Shown here in pieces: positions 49,429 through 64,000 of a stretch of 64,000 bases of DNA. The notes below the pieces were generated by a model. It was not told the origin of the DNA and ran no database searches. It saw nothing but the letters and a program-made list of their open reading frames with translations. The translations under genes were made by a program, and so were the position numbers. The stretch lies in the NCBI GenBank assembly GCA_040954595.2, contig CM082580.2:3338783-3402782 (forward strand). The letters run 5' to 3'. Each line of letters opens with the position of its first letter. Position 1 is the stretch's first letter. This DNA is from Balanoglossus misakiensis (lineage: Eukaryota; Animalia; Hemichordata).

Positions 49429-50232
49429 TATCCAGTCTGAAATAAATAAATAAGAATACAAGTATTCATCAACAGGACACTGAATACTTTGCATTAATGA
49501 CGATAACACATAATTTGATTTGCCTAGGTTTATTACGTCATATTGCACTGAAGCCATAGAACACAATATAATACAATACCATATTGGAATATTTGGGTAA
49601 CAGTAATACCTACACACTGACAATACATTACATTGCAGTATTGGTTTTGTCATGCCCGTTTAACAACATACAATCTTCTGTCTCAACATTCAACAATAAA
49701 TACTATGTACACTAGCCTTCTGTAAAACAATCTCTATACAATATCTAATTTACAAGGCAACCAATGAACAGTTGTGAACTGTGGTTCATGTCAAGTATAT
49801 TTGAATTTACACTAAGATAATCTGAAAAGCAGAGCTAAATGCTTCCACCCACCACCACATATGTTGTGAGATTCCCTGTACTGACACACAAAGTGATGGC
49901 AGGCAGATTTGCATGCATGGCATGCAGCCATTGCACCAACCTAGGGGTCTGTTTTACACCCATTCTGTCGAACAGTCAAGATTTCCCAATTTTACTATTT
50001 TCACAAAATGTGCGTTGTTATTAACTGCAAAACTGCCTGTTGTTGTCGCTGTTTTTTGCATAATTATGACCAAAATGGTGATTCAAAGATATTTCAGTAT
50101 TTGCATCAGAAGAGACTGTCTTTCACTATTTGTGTCTTATGCTAGGGTAGTCTTCAGATTCACTATTTACATAGTTGAGAACTGCGATGTCTATGTACAG
50201 ACATGATACACAAATCATAATCTGGCCATTAA

Positions 50233-50416
50233 AGGGACAAAGTCTCTCTCTCACTTCCCTTTGTGAGTTTTTCACTCTCGTGTCTACAAGTAGGATGGAA
50301 GTTGTGTTTGGTCGAACGTTGATTCACTATATATCCACATGGAGAATAAAATAAATGGTATCTTGTATCAAACATAATTTATGGAAAAAGGGCAGAGAGA
50401 GAGAGACTTTGTCCCT
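50233..50416. mobile_element. Kolobok-like MITE (internally deleted)
   Basis: ttaa|agggacaaagtctctct ... agagactttgtccct. Confidence 0.7.
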
Positions 50417-50832
50417 TTCAGAAAACAATGCAGGAAATCACAGTGGAATAAAAGTCAAGGTTGGTCTGCAATGTGGATTTGACAATGTTTCTAACAAAAC
50501 ATTGAAAGTATGACATACACATGTAAATCACAGTAAATCATGCATTATAATCAAGATATCAGAATTACTAAAACAATATTTTAAAATGCCCATTGTAGTC
50601 TATCACCTTTAAACATATCAATATCAGTTTATTGGAATACGTTGAATGGGCCAGAAAAATTTCAAACCTATCCCACTTTCAATCTCATGACACAGAAAAA
50701 TGCCTCAAAAAATCCACATGATATGCAGGAGAGATTTGCACCAGTTATCATCCTACCAACTTTCAGAAAATGTTTCTGAAACATTTTTGAACGACCGTTA
50801 TCCATTGCTAACAACATACGGCACATTCTGAA

Positions 50833-50915
50833 TCAATCTGATTAAAATCAGATGTAGGGAACGGCGACGTAAAAACCACGTCGCCGTTCCCTACATCTGA
50901 TTTCAATCAGATTGA
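50833..50915. mobile_element. 83-bp near-perfect hairpin insertion with 7-bp flanking duplication
   Basis: ttctgaa|tcaatctgatt.aaatcagatgtagggaacggcgacgt...acgtcgccgttccctacatctgattt.aatcagattga|ttctgaa. Confidence 0.7.
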
Positions 50916-52633
50916 TTCTGAAAGATCACACAAGTTCTAACAAAATCAAAACAAAATGGCTGCTCAAGGGTCATATTAAAGCATATTGTCACACCACAAC
51001 ATGTACATGATACATCATGGTACATTTTCCTAATACACGTACCAACTTTCAAAGAAATAAATTAACACATCTCTGTGAAGTGGATCCTGACATGATCACA
51101 TTGCAACAAAATGGCTGCCCGGCCATGATATCTGATTGTATTGCAACATAAATTGATGTGCATGTATAAATACATCAAATATAAGCACTGGTCCATTTAT
51201 GTTATACCATTACGGAAAGCTCTCTGCAGATGAGGTAAAATTTCAGAAATCAAGGGAATGATGTCAAGGCGTAACTGCATTATGATACACATAGTGTTTA
51301 GTGAGTTTAAAGTAATGTCAATACTTGGCAGTTCAGGTTCATATGCTAGAAAGTCACCTCTGTGACTCCGTTTACCATCATTTCATTGTTTGGCAGTAGA
51401 TTCTAAGGTAAGCTGCAGGACACACATCTACAATGTCTTGTGAGTATGTGTGGTAAATCTTTCTAATGACAGACATTTTACAACAGCACAGGCCTTAACA
51501 TTTCCAAAGATCACACATGTTTACAATTGTGGTTGCATTTAATTTTCCTGCCCAGGCCAAGTTGAGTTATTCACAGAATTTTTCATGCAGGAATGCATCC
51601 CAATTTCAAGTGTTAGGATTTGTTCCCTTTCACATCTACATGTAGTATTTACACCTTTTTTCCATAGCTGTCCCAGAAAAAAGTCATTCATTGGATATTA
51701 TACAACAACAAAAATTAATGTCATGGGCATGGACGTTTAAAATTAAGTGTACTCCTTTACAATAGGACTCCAAGTCAAATGTATCCTTTAAATTGATTGA
51801 CAGAATGTGTACCTCACATGTACCGGTACACTGAGTGAAAGAATTTGTTCTTGCTATGAGTCTACTTCTGGTTTCCAATTTCAGTGCAAGTACACGTCCT
51901 GTTTAACTACAAACATATAGTACTTTTTAAGTAAAGCATTTATGCATTGAAAATTAAAACGTATACATGTACTATAGCATTGCCATCACCTACATGGATT
52001 TCCATCGACATGATGGTCTGTACTTTGGTACTGTAATCTATCTCAAAGGGCAAAGCATTTGTCAAGCTTGTTATATCTTAGAGCAAAAACATACCCTATC
52101 CTATGATCGTAATGTGAACATTTTACATACAATCATTTTACAATATTTGATGATTGTAAAGAGACCCTATCGCAGGGAAAAAATGGTTTTGGTATGCATA
52201 TATATCGCTATCTCAATGTACTTTCGGTAATAAACAATCATGCATGGAGAATTCAGTGTCCCTGGCATAACATAGAATGTCAATGAATTGCAATGATGGC
52301 ACAAAAATCACAACACATTTGTGGTGCTGGACAAAAAAAAATCAGGAACAACAACGCCTCCAGCTCAAATCTTTGGTTTCTTTGATATTAAAACGACGGG
52401 TAAAATGAATTGAAAACTACAAATAAAAGACAATATTGGCACATCACATTGGACAATAAATACTAACTAAAATACTTCAAGTTTTTAAATAGGTAATCTT
52501 CAGTGGAAGTCCTTGGTCTTTGTCAGAGTAATTGTCAAGATTATCATCCTCAACATTTTCAAGATGACCAACTGTAATGTCAGCCACCACACACACTAGC
52601 TGTCATCGGTCACACTCGGAGTCATGTCCAGTT

Positions 52634-55600
52634 CTAGAATGCATCTTTGATGTTATGGAACTGACGGATGGCGAGGTCACTCGGTAAATAGAAGTTCAAG
52701 GGCGTTAGTTTATCCAGGATCTGGATAGCCTTGTCAAAACCTGGTGGAAAATCAGACAGAGAGTCCAAGAATTGCATATGGCTTTACTTACTTCGTGATT
52801 GAAAGGGATGTGGCCAAAGCCAATGAAATCACATTGAAGCTAAGATGTACCTGGTAATTAAAGCGAAGGGGTCATCGCGCCGCATTTGTTTGTTTATAAA
52901 CATTACAATTCATCCACAAATCCCTCAAATAAGATAAATCTTAGAACGAACAAAGCAGCCAACCGTAGCATAGACTGGGCATGACAGCAACTGAAGATCC
53001 TAGTAGGTCGCGGTGACTGCAGTTGGGTTTGTGCTGGTATAGGAGGACATATTCTCATCAAGGGGGACACCCACGCGCGCAGCAATAACAAACATCATAC
53101 ACCTGGTACTGACAGATGTCTGGCGATTGCCACTCAGATGAACACAGGAAACAGAAAAACAAATCATGGACCAAAATGCCAGACAAATTGCCTTGTACGT
53201 GAAAACTGAAATATGAATTTTGTATAAACTGAGTAAACATACCTGTTTTCTGCATGTAACTCCATGATGAATAGTAAGTTTCAATCAGTGATGGCGTCCT
53301 GGCTATAAGACGACACCATGTAGCCAGTTTGTGAGCACTGCAGGAAAAAATGTTGAAATTAAGTCGATGTTAATCTGACTGTCATCTGCTACATACAGGC
53401 TGGGACTACTATACCTTACAGGTATATTCGTCTCAGATACAGGTTTTCAATTCTGACCAACCTGTACCCATTGCTAATATTATTTAACTTTATACCATGC
53501 TGATAAAACATTAACTCCTACCACAGAAATATTGGCATTAGGTATATGCTCCATGAAAAAATGCATAGAGAACACTTTTGTGTCCACAAACACTGATTGT
53601 CACGTTAATTAATTGTTTGAGGTGGAATTTCTTGATAATTACAATCAGTGAATCACCTATTTGAAAAAAGACGGGTAATATTTTCAAATCACACGTCTCA
53701 ACCCTTGGCACCACCATGACCCCATTGACCTATGACATCATTCAGAAATTTACTTCTGGTCAGGTTTCAGAGAGTTAAAGAATTATAATAAACCCTACGC
53801 CAAAATTGCCACGGCAATATCGCTTGAAAGCCGTTATTCGTAAGAAATGACAGAACAGTGTATAAAATTTCATAATATTGCCGAAGGATGCAGCTACACT
53901 TTTAAATTCTATGGCAACGCAGAAACAAAAACTGGTAAAAACCAGCGACTTACTTGAGCCCCTCGCACACAAATGCTTTAAACTGCGAATCGTAACTCCT
54001 TTTCAATGGTTGATGCGTGGATCTGACGTTATCGATGGCTGCAACCATCGTCTGTTTGGCTGTCACTGCAGCGCCGCCGATGATGTCGAGTTTGAAGGAC
54101 TGCGATAACTTCCTTGCAGGAGATGTGGTATATCTACTGCCATTCTGTGTGGAATATAAAAGGCAAAAAGGAAACTTAGATATACATGTAATCAATAAGC
54201 CATGTCTGTTTACATTCAATCTCAAACCATCTACTAACTTGAATTTATTTTAGTTCTGACTTCTGAAAAATACAAATTTCAACTTTTCTTCAAACATTTT
54301 TTTGGTCAACTCCCCTTCAAATATTGAAGGAAAATGTTTACCCAACACTGAGCTGTGCGACATTGCTCCTTATATGCGCTCCGGTTAGATGTGGTGAAAA
54401 TGATACAATAAAATGTAAATATTCTAAATTTTGTGTCAGCTTATTATGTGATTCACACAGACATTGTATGTCCGCCCAAAGTTACTTACTTTCATTTCAT
54501 AATATTCTATGAAGAGTTGCCACGGATGTACGCTTGTAGTGATTTGTGAGGCTCTCGGTACCAGACATGATATCGGTAACACAACACTTCGACTCCGACT
54601 CAGCTGTCAACCAGAATTGAAGGCATAGATGTCACATTTTCTGGACACCAAACAGTTCTATTTCTATGGTTGTCTAAGTGGACGTGTGTAGTACTACATT
54701 GCCATTTTCGATGTCACATACAAAGCAGAAACAATAGCCCTTTCAGGTTATTCTTGAAGTGCAAATAAAACTGATGTTCTGTTGGTCTTTGATTGTATGA
54801 ACTAATGATTAATACTTCTACCATTCTAGCGGGTCTGATAAAATCAACATTTTTTTCTACTGTGTACTCTCATTTTAGTTTTGCTAACAGATGTTGCCGC
54901 ACAACACTATAACCTTACCAGGGATATTTCAGTATAAACTACCGTATGGTACTGGGGTCAGACTAAAATGTGGCCAAAATCTGCTTTTTATTCTACTCTT
55001 TTGAGATCAAGCGTTACAATGCACGACTGGAAGTATCAATGTCACTTACTTTCATGAGTCCATGGTTGAAGAGATCTCTCAACGCTGGAGCCAGTCGTTT
55101 CCTGACAGCAACCATCACATCATCTACAGGTCTTGTCCATGGTGTCTGCCGTACAACAGATATCACATTCAGTACAACAATGTCAAAGCAGCTGTGTTTT
55201 CGAATTACGAATTACTGGATGGAATCACCAGTCAACACCATCTGTCCTCATGTTTGCAGTTCAGACTTTGAATGTATGGAATTTGTTGTACATGTAAGAA
55301 TGCTGCAATAGGACTTTGTGTAATGGTACTTGATCTGCGATGAACAGAATTTCTTTTAGGTGTTTTTTTATATGATTTCTGACTCTGTGTGTGTGTGTGA
55401 GTGTGTGTGTGTATGTATGTATGTGTGTATGTGTATGTATGTATGTGTGTGCGTGCATGCGCGTATGTGTGTGTGAAGACACATGCATGTGTGTGGTGTG
55501 TGTGTGAGCATGTGTGTGTGAATACACGTGTAAATACAGTATGCATCAAATGAAGTCTGGTTGTCTGTGATAAAAAGATGATGTCACACTGATTAGCAGA

Positions 55601-58600
55601 TCTCCATACCTCTTCTGAATCCGAAGTGTAGTCAGTATCTGAGGGTGGAGCTTCATGTGAATGAGCTCTGGCCAGATGTGCAACCTCATCCACGCTTTTC
55701 TCGAGTCTCTTCAGCATTTCTCTGTACAAGAAATAATCATGGGTTACCTCATCAATGTTCATTGTACTTGCAAATCCAACTGATGCACATACTAACATGA
55801 GAATCTTGTCAAGCTGCTAAGTCTATTCTAATACACTGACAGATTGGAGATATTTTTATATTTTACCTCACATTTCATTACAGTCACATACATATTTAAT
55901 GTGACATGATATTCCAACATCTCAGAAATTTATTCATGTTTGGAACAATAACTGCGCAGCACTCTCACTGCTTACTTAAAAACTACAAAAAAAGACTTGA
56001 CTTACTCGTATCCCTTCTCTGTGTTTTTATCCGCTGGTTTTTCTCTCAGTTTTGAAGTGCCACATCCAAATTGTGTTATGGCCACCAACTGTAGCACAGC
56101 TAGAGCTCTCTTCAATACTTTCACATTCTTCTCTCTCGACTGTATGTGGCAATTCGTAAATGAGCAAACACATCAATTAATGAGATTCCAATGTTTCACC
56201 GCAACTACTTGCACAAACACTAAAGCCCATGTCAGGGCTGTAAAACTCCTCATATTGTTTTCTTCAAATCTTCTCCCTATCCTTTACAATCATCACCATT
56301 AAGCCATTTTACTTGTATTTGTATCAGTTTGTTATCTCTTGGCAATGCATATGATAACAGTTGTGTACTTTTTGTATGGAGGCCCATTAAACCAGTGTGG
56401 CACCCGTTTAATATATCACTTGTTTAAATTATTAAGATGGAACAATCTAAGTTAGAAAGTAAAATCATGAAAATACTGGATAATGCAAAAAGGGGCTGCT
56501 CTTGGAGCTTTAAGTACAAAAGCAACTAAACATCTGATATTTCAGCTTCAGACCAATCAGAATGAACTCTCCACACTTTTTGAGCAAAACTGACTAGAAC
56601 ATGTGCAACTGGAAACTATTGATAGTCTCCAGTCAACATTACTGGAACTTTGATAGCATTTAACATATCAATGCAAAGTCATTAAAATACTTATTTCTTA
56701 TGTTCACTTTAATTATTATTATAAATGCATTTTGTTACTTGCCTTGATTTCATCTTGTTTACCTTTGGGTGCATTGGGAGATATACAACACTCTGGACCT
56801 TTGCCATCACCTGCATTCTCATCTTTGCCCTGTAATATATACATATTTTGTTGGAGTGTAGACATATGAGACCTCATTATTTTCACACAGAATGAAAACT
56901 CACAGATCAAAATCACACTAATGCGAAGAAAGTGTGATGGGGAATTCAAAACAACCTAGTTGATCACTAAAACCTGCAGGAAATCACACAGAACTTTTCT
57001 GTGAAATGCCAGTTCCTGTTGTTCCCACCCAACACCATGCTTTCTATTGTACCCTTGATTGACAGTTACAGATAATACACATACACAGGATGAGACTGAA
57101 AATTGGATCTTTTCACACAAAAGAGATGCAGTTATTGTGTAATTCAATATTTCATCACAACTGACATGCACAGACATCATACTGATGTACATGTATGATG
57201 TTACAATACACTAACAGTGTACGACAAACTGCTTCAGGACATTGAATGGACAGATCCCATTCATGGCAGGATGTTCTTCCCACTATTGGGTGACTAAAAT
57301 AGTCAGAAGAATCAATTTTAAGAAAATCAGAGTGTGACTTTCTGCAGGAAGGTAAAGGTATACTTGCAAGCATATTGTGTCATGTCCAGAAAAATTCACG
57401 ATTTGGGGTAAATTTATTTTCTGTAGTGATGTACATGAATTTTGAAAATGACCTTGAACATGGTACATACAATTTCATGCGTGAATCTTTTCACAAAACA
57501 CATTTGAAGTTTTTCATTCAAAATCCATTCTAAAATTATTTTTTTGCACCTAGCACTTCATCCTGTGTATCAGACAAACTTAACCCTAACCCTACCGGGT
57601 ATAATACCTGCTTACAGTGCCTAGTCGTGTGACCACTGGAAGTACTTTGACCGAATTGGATATCTTTTCTTTCTTTGCCACATGTGTATTTTGACTGGGT
57701 TGAATGGCTTGATTCGTTTGTATCTAGCTGGGCCTGATAAAATTACCTGCACATTACACCACTTGATAGCGGTTCAAATTCTCCATGGTCAAGGTACGTC
57801 TGAAACTCTAGGGGGGGGGATATGAAAATGACACTGTTTGCTACTTGACACCGTTAGGTTAATGCAATGCTTTGAGCAGGGAGAATTCTGCACAGTCTCA
57901 CCTCATGAACTGGACATCCACAGGGCTCATCACCTAATGGCCCTGGAGACGCTGCCTCCCCTTGTAAGAATTCGATGAACCTCTCCAAGTCACCAATCTG
58001 ACTCTTCAACTGTTCAATGACCATCCCTTTCACTTTGGCCGGATTTACAATCTGAAACAACAAAGAGGCGCCATGAGTCAAACATTTAAAAAAATCAGAA
58101 ACGGCAGAACTGTCAAGATATGTACAAAAGAAGCTGAAAATCAAGATTTCCATGAAACAGAAGTGTTGAGCATCAGGGTTTTGAAATGGGACGAAGTCTC
58201 TCTCTCTGCCCCTTTTCCATTAATTATGTTTGATACAAGACACTGTTTATGTTATGGACATGTGTATATGTAGTGAATGAACGTTCGACCACACACAACT
58301 TCCATCCTACTTGTAGACACGAGAGTGAAGAACTCGCCAAAATGAATAATTGGTGTTTAACGTTTATTCATTTTGGCGAGATTTTTACTCTCATATCATA
58401 CAAACACGATGGAAGTTGAGTGCGGTCGAATGTTCATTCACCATATATCCAAATGTAGAATAACATAATCGGTGTCTTGTATCAAACATAATTATTGGAA
58501 AAAGGGCAGCGAAAGAGAGACTTTGTCCCTTTGATGCAAGTCAAACCAAGATACTAACCTGACCTATTGCTCCATCCACTTTCTTTTTCAATTCATCAAC

Positions 58601-61600
58601 TGTCAACTTATCCAAGTCATCCAGATTTAATCCCAACTTCTCTTTGAGTTCATCAATGACAACTCTCTGTTTCTCCATCATTTTTGTCTGCGGTAGATCG
58701 CCCGCACCCTCCTGTCAACAGAGAACATCACAGACATCAGATCAAAATTGAAGTTTATACTAAACTAAATACATTGTGTATACAAAAATTAAATAAAATG
58801 AAAATTTTGTCCCATTATCTTATCTAAGATCTTGTGAAAGTTGTGACATTGAATATTCAGCTCACATAACAACCACCCAAAAATGATTTTTCATCCTGCA
58901 AAGTCATGTATTTGAGCAATGTAGGAATATATTAGCCTTTCAGGTGGGATCAAACTCAAGGTTTTTAACCATTTTTACTCCATACAGACAGCAAGCTAAC
59001 ATACTAAAAGCATATTAATTTGAATGCGATCATCAGATTTTGCGAAGTGCTTGACCCAAGTGAATAGGTACCGTACAACTGCTTTTACTTTCAACATATG
59101 TGTAAAGTGTTCACAGTGCTTACCTCATATGCATATTCTTCCAAATCATCCAGTTGCTTCTTGAGTTGACTGATCAATTCCACCTGCTTCTCTCTCTGTT
59201 CGTTCATTTTACTCTCACGTTCCTTTTCACTCTGGTATGAAAATGAAACCAAGACGTTAAGTCTCACTGAAATACCGGTAGGTTTGTCACCCAAAGGTTT
59301 ATACTTAGATTTGTCTTCAGACTTGTGAAGTGCAGTCAGGTTTGCAGGTGTTGACAGAACTATTCAGCTCATCTTACATTAATTATTGTATATTCAGCAG
59401 TGTAAGGGTTTTGGATCAAAGAATTGGTTTGACGAGAGGTTGGAAGACCAACATTTTTTAACCACATTGTAGTTAAAAAAACTCTGCATACATGTATGGT
59501 TACATTTTTGAACGATAGAAGGTAAACGTGTCTCCCTGTGTCCCAATATCCAGTGTGTAGTCTTAACAGTACCCTGCAACCACATCTAAAAACGTTAATT
59601 TACACCCCAAAAACTCTTGGCCAGCATTGACTTTGTTCTTACCAGTGAAAATTACTGTAATTATAACAAGTTTCTTTCCATATTTTTTTTAGAATCATTA
59701 GCAATGTCATCTTGCACCACATCAAACTATTTTATTTATCACAAGACAGAGATAACGGAAGACTTACACAATCTTCCAGCATCTGAGCATCTTGAGCCGT
59801 GCAACCTCTGACATCAGGACAGCCTTGGAAAGCAAACTGTTCCAGCTCTTGTAGCAATGCCTGTAAACATTCAATGAATCAATTAATATCACTGGAACAC
59901 TCTGTGTCATTTCAATGCATTTGTCTCTCTTGATCTCTCTACCTTTTCCCAAGACAAAGAATATCTGTGAAGTGTAGTCACACTGACTGTCAAATGTGCT
60001 TCTTATTAATTCAGAGTGGCATTTCAGCTCAAACACTAAAATCATGGATCCGAAAGACATTAAATAGTAACAAGTTAGTTTAACAAGGTAGCTTATATCA
60101 GTATAAGGCTACCTGGTAATTTAATTTATTGTCACATTGTAAATTGAACAAAGATTTCATTTCCAGTGTTAATTTGACAGTGTTGCTCTATAAATTGGAC
60201 GGCAGTGTGGAAACCTTTCCTGCATATCAAACAAGGATTGATACTTAACACAAGTTTTGAGAAATGTTTACATGATACGAGAAATGCAACTTTTACATGA
60301 ATCTCTACAAGAAGAAAGGAAAATATATTTTTTATGAAATGTTTGAGATACATATTTTGACAAATCAACTGTGTCTTCTGTTTAAATTAATTTAGAACTC
60401 ACCTCTTTATCTTCAGCTGAAGCACTGACAATCTGTTTCAGTCGGAACTGGACTTGTGCAAAGTGTGTAGTGAGTGCAAGCAATGATGAATTCAACTGTT
60501 CCTGCTCATCTTCCAGTTTCTGAAGCTGGCTCCAGGCATCAATATGACTGTTAACGAATAGACAAATATTGATTTGACCTAGATTTAACTTCTCAAACCA
60601 ATGTTCTCTCAACGAATTTCTGAAACATTATCTGCTAATTTGCCCATTTTACCACTGCCAGCAGTATTTTAGCATCGATGGATTGAGCTCTCGTCCAATC
60701 TGAATGTCGGACGGTAGCATGATATGATTTCTTTTAGGGAATACATTTTTATCATTGTTTTTAATTATGTTTTGCCTCGATAATGATACCAGTGATACTT
60801 TGTGCTGGGCGTAGCTGTTCTTGTGATTTTCAAATACTGGTGAATTTCACAAAGTTCTTGTAATCCTAAATTTCAAATGGTGATTCACCAGAGTAAAGTG
60901 TCCTTGGGGAAAATATGAGCAGACATACATTGTACAACTTGAATTTTTGTATAGGTCAAGCAACAAGCTAGAAATGGACAGAACATAATATGCATGTTCA
61001 TGTATTGTCTACTAATACACTGTACAACACTGTCTGGACTTTTAACAGAAACAAATTATCCATCACTGTACATGCGTCTTGCTAAAATATAAAAACTGAC
61101 CTTAACTTCAACAATCTCTCTGCACCAGCCATGTATTTTCTCTACCACACACACACCACACAGGCAATCACTAATCTATCCGATCTTACTGTACAACTGA
61201 CACACTACAAGTACCACAAACGTAAGAATTAATGTATGAAGTCTGCTAATACTTCCCTCGTTGTGAATAAAATAATGACTGATAAATAAACAATGTTTGT
61301 TGATCTTACTATAAAAAGAGAGAATTAAAACCAATATAAACCACAATACTCAGTACAAAAATAACTTATTTCAAAAGAAAATCGGTACAAAATTGAATTA
61401 TTATTGGATATTTTAAAACCTTTTCACAGGCAAATGAGAAACATACTTTTAGAATATTTATTCAAATTACTTGGCTACCTTTTCTTTCCCTTCATTTTAA
61501 CTTCACCATTCAGAAAATGTATTTATCTACAAACAATTTTCTTACATTTTCTTCACGTCCTGTTGGAAGTTCTTAGAATACGGAAATAAAAGATGTCATC

Positions 61601-62473
61601 TGACTCATGCTGATTGATTTCACAGAACTTAAAATTTCAATATGTACAGGATATGACCATTGATTTCAAAGTATCTGTTACCAGAATATAAATGCTGAGG
61701 TCAGCATTATCAGATTTCGTGTGCATAAAATGGACGTATCATGTGACACGATTCCAACAATTTAAATTCACTACATCTGTCAAATGATTTTATTGAGATA
61801 GATGCTGAGGTATAAACAAATGGAGATTTGTAACATATGTTTCATCAGAGTGTTTCACCAGATGTGAAAACTGCTCATATAAAATATTGGTACATGGTTT
61901 GTACAGAGCACCCAAGTCTTATTGTGTGTGGGTTTTTTTTAAAAGACACGCAGTGCATAGATTAGCAGAGACAGCTTATGATAACAAATGATGCAGTTTA
62001 CAAATCATTCTGAAATTTGGTTTTCCAACTCAATTTGAAAACTTCATGGGTTTTACTTTTAGTGTACATTTGATAAATAAGTAACAACTGCGTCTTGGAA
62101 AAACCTGCTGTATCTCACCAGAGTATAAACCTAACTGGGAGGCATGGTACCATTGGCAAGGCATACAAAGTACACAAAAAAGTGGAAATATATTTCTGGA
62201 AACCTGTCTATATCGAACATATTTTCCGGACTCTTCACATAGAACCATAAACCAGACTTCTCTGCACACCAAACAATTTCCCTTGTCCTCTTTGTTCAGT
62301 GCCTGATTTAAACATTTTTTACTGTACATGGAAATTTACCTGTGTTCTGCTGTTGATGGTGGTGGGCTGGCTATGGCTCCAAGAGGTGCCCATCTCTCTC
62401 CTTTCGGTCTTTCCATCATCTGTTCATCCAGGCTGTCGTAGGAGTCATCACCAGGTGCTGTTTCCTCCATCAT
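52634..62473 (-). CDS. RUNDC1: RUN domain-containing protein 1
   Basis: Exons 62340-62473, 60403-60547, 59768-59860, 59124-59231, 58559-58711, 57902-58051, 57608-57733, 56743-56829, 56006-56139, 55610-55721, 55050-55145, 54490-54603, 53954-54144, 53243-53337, 52634-52740, all phase-consistent. Motifs ERWAPLGA, LNSSLLALTTHFAQVQFRLKQIV, ELEQFAFQGCP, IVNPAKVK, QFGC, HPWQLF, SPARKLSQSF, C-terminal NIKDAF*. Confidence 0.93.
55385..55530. repeat. (TG)n/(TATG)n compound microsatellite
   Basis: Visible dinucleotide and tetranucleotide runs in a RUNDC1 intron. Confidence 0.9.
58186..58530. mobile_element. Kolobok-like MITE, full-length copy
   Basis: gggacgaagtctctct ... agagactttgtccct; internal sequence matches 31070-31413. 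Confidence 0.75.
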
Positions 62474-64000
62474 TTTGTCGTCTACAAAGGACACAAAATA
62501 TCACATCATGCCAGAAACAGAAATAATTGTGTAAAGCCTCAAAGGTTACTGCTAATATATTACTGAAAAATTTGGATCAAACATAAACCCCTTACATGCA
62601 CAGTAGCATAGCTTCCAACAATTTACTTGGCCATGCTGTGTGTGAATTAAAGGTACTGTTTATTTTCATGTATAATTCACACACATAGTTTTGAGATTAC
62701 ATTTAAATCAATAAATACTAGACAGCTGAGTGCTACGATGACAAAGTGCCACGTTTTATTTGGAATACCAGAAATCTGCCAACACTACTTGTATAAATTT
62801 GCATTGCCTTGCCACTGCTAGTGGTACCCAAAAATGAACAAGTATTTTCCTCTGTAAAATGTCAACACATCAGCTGTTATTTTGGCTACGACTCATCTGA
62901 ATTAAAAGTCACGGAAAAAAAACAGCATTTACATGTTGTATTTCAGAAAATCAGCCGTATGAGTCAAGTTTATTAGTGATGTCACCCCCTCAATTACACC
63001 CACCCATCCTGCTACACATGAAAAACACTCATGAAACAATGAAAGGATACTTTTAACAAAAAAGTGTATTCATGTGTGTGGGGGCAGCCTTGGTATTTTA
63101 TTTAGAAACTTACATGTATGTAGCTACATTATTTAAATGAAGCCCTAGCATGTATTCACTGGAATGGCCTGTAAATTCACACAAGCTTAAATTTCTTTTG
63201 TGAAAATGCAGATCAATTCAAGCTACAACTATAGTATAAGCAGACAAACTGTGATCAAATGCAGACAATTGTTTTACTCCCAGTCACAAGCAATGGAATA
63301 CACCTGTAGCAGTGTAGGGCTTCAGTAATTTAATTATTAAACTCAGTATCATATAAATTTAATTACTGAGTTCTATGGGGGATCATCACTGGACCGACTT
63401 TCATAAAATGTAGTAGTACGTCAGAGATTCTTGTGTCTGTTGTCTTACAGTAATTTCTACTACAATGTGATATTATCTCTCACTAGTCTCAGCTGTATTT
63501 CTGAAGAGTATATTTGTATGTGACCTTGTGCTGACAACAACTTTGCAATGATGAGATTAGCTGCAGATTTGTAGCTTGAGGTTTTATCTGGCATTATAGC
63601 CAGTGGTTTTGCTGTCCACACTCAATACCAGGCAAATCCCGAGCTACGGTTCTGCGGCTAGTTGTGTGATATGTGACCTCTACAATGTACATGCTATTGA
63701 CTGTATCCCCCAACTCAGTCCATTGACAAGTCAAGAGATTGGTGACCACAATTTTTTTACTGGGCTTATTCAATGAACATATTACACATGCCGGTAAAGT
63801 GCACTACGAAATTAATAAACGAAGAAGGCATGTCCCTGACAAATGGTTAGATCATTGGTAGACTGGTATCAAAACACCTGTGTGTGAATCTAAAACACAC
63901 TGCGGTCTGGATACCAGGCTAACTGGATGGGTACCTATCATTATATAAACCATGTCATGGAGATTGAAGTAACAGTTAAGTAGATTTGTGAGATAAGACA

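Noticed and set aside
55232-55609. His/Thr-rich extension of the 188-aa ORF
   Set aside because: Read-through into an intronic (CA)n microsatellite; only 55610-55721 is exon.
57580-57595. Telomere-like taaccctaaccct
   Set aside because: Only two units; expected by chance.

Overview
AT-rich, intron-containing animal genomic DNA; the repeat and gene content suggest a marine invertebrate, possibly a deuterostome (inference). From left to right: (1) a minus-strand ankyrin-repeat gene, 3'-incomplete in this window, with an MGNIWCKK lipid-anchor-like start and ten tandem one-repeat-per-exon phase-0 cassettes, interrupted by a decayed L2/CR1 LINE and a ~3.9-kb CACTA-like composite element; (2) a ~7-kb tandem duplication, each copy holding a secreted pentraxin-VWD gene and an intron-containing tRNA-Leu(CAA); (3) a spacer between the copies with a U2 snRNA gene, a probable solo LTR and an atypical tRNA-like cloverleaf (CCT); (4) CDC50A/TMEM30A on the plus strand, with a U12-type intron; (5) RUNDC1 on the minus strand, with a GC-AG intron. 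Many MITEs, hairpin elements and two satellite arrays are interspersed. The best candidates for undescribed biology are the DARPin-like modular ankyrin exon array and the pentraxin-GDPH-VWD protein. All exon coordinates were read by eye; no database searches were run.
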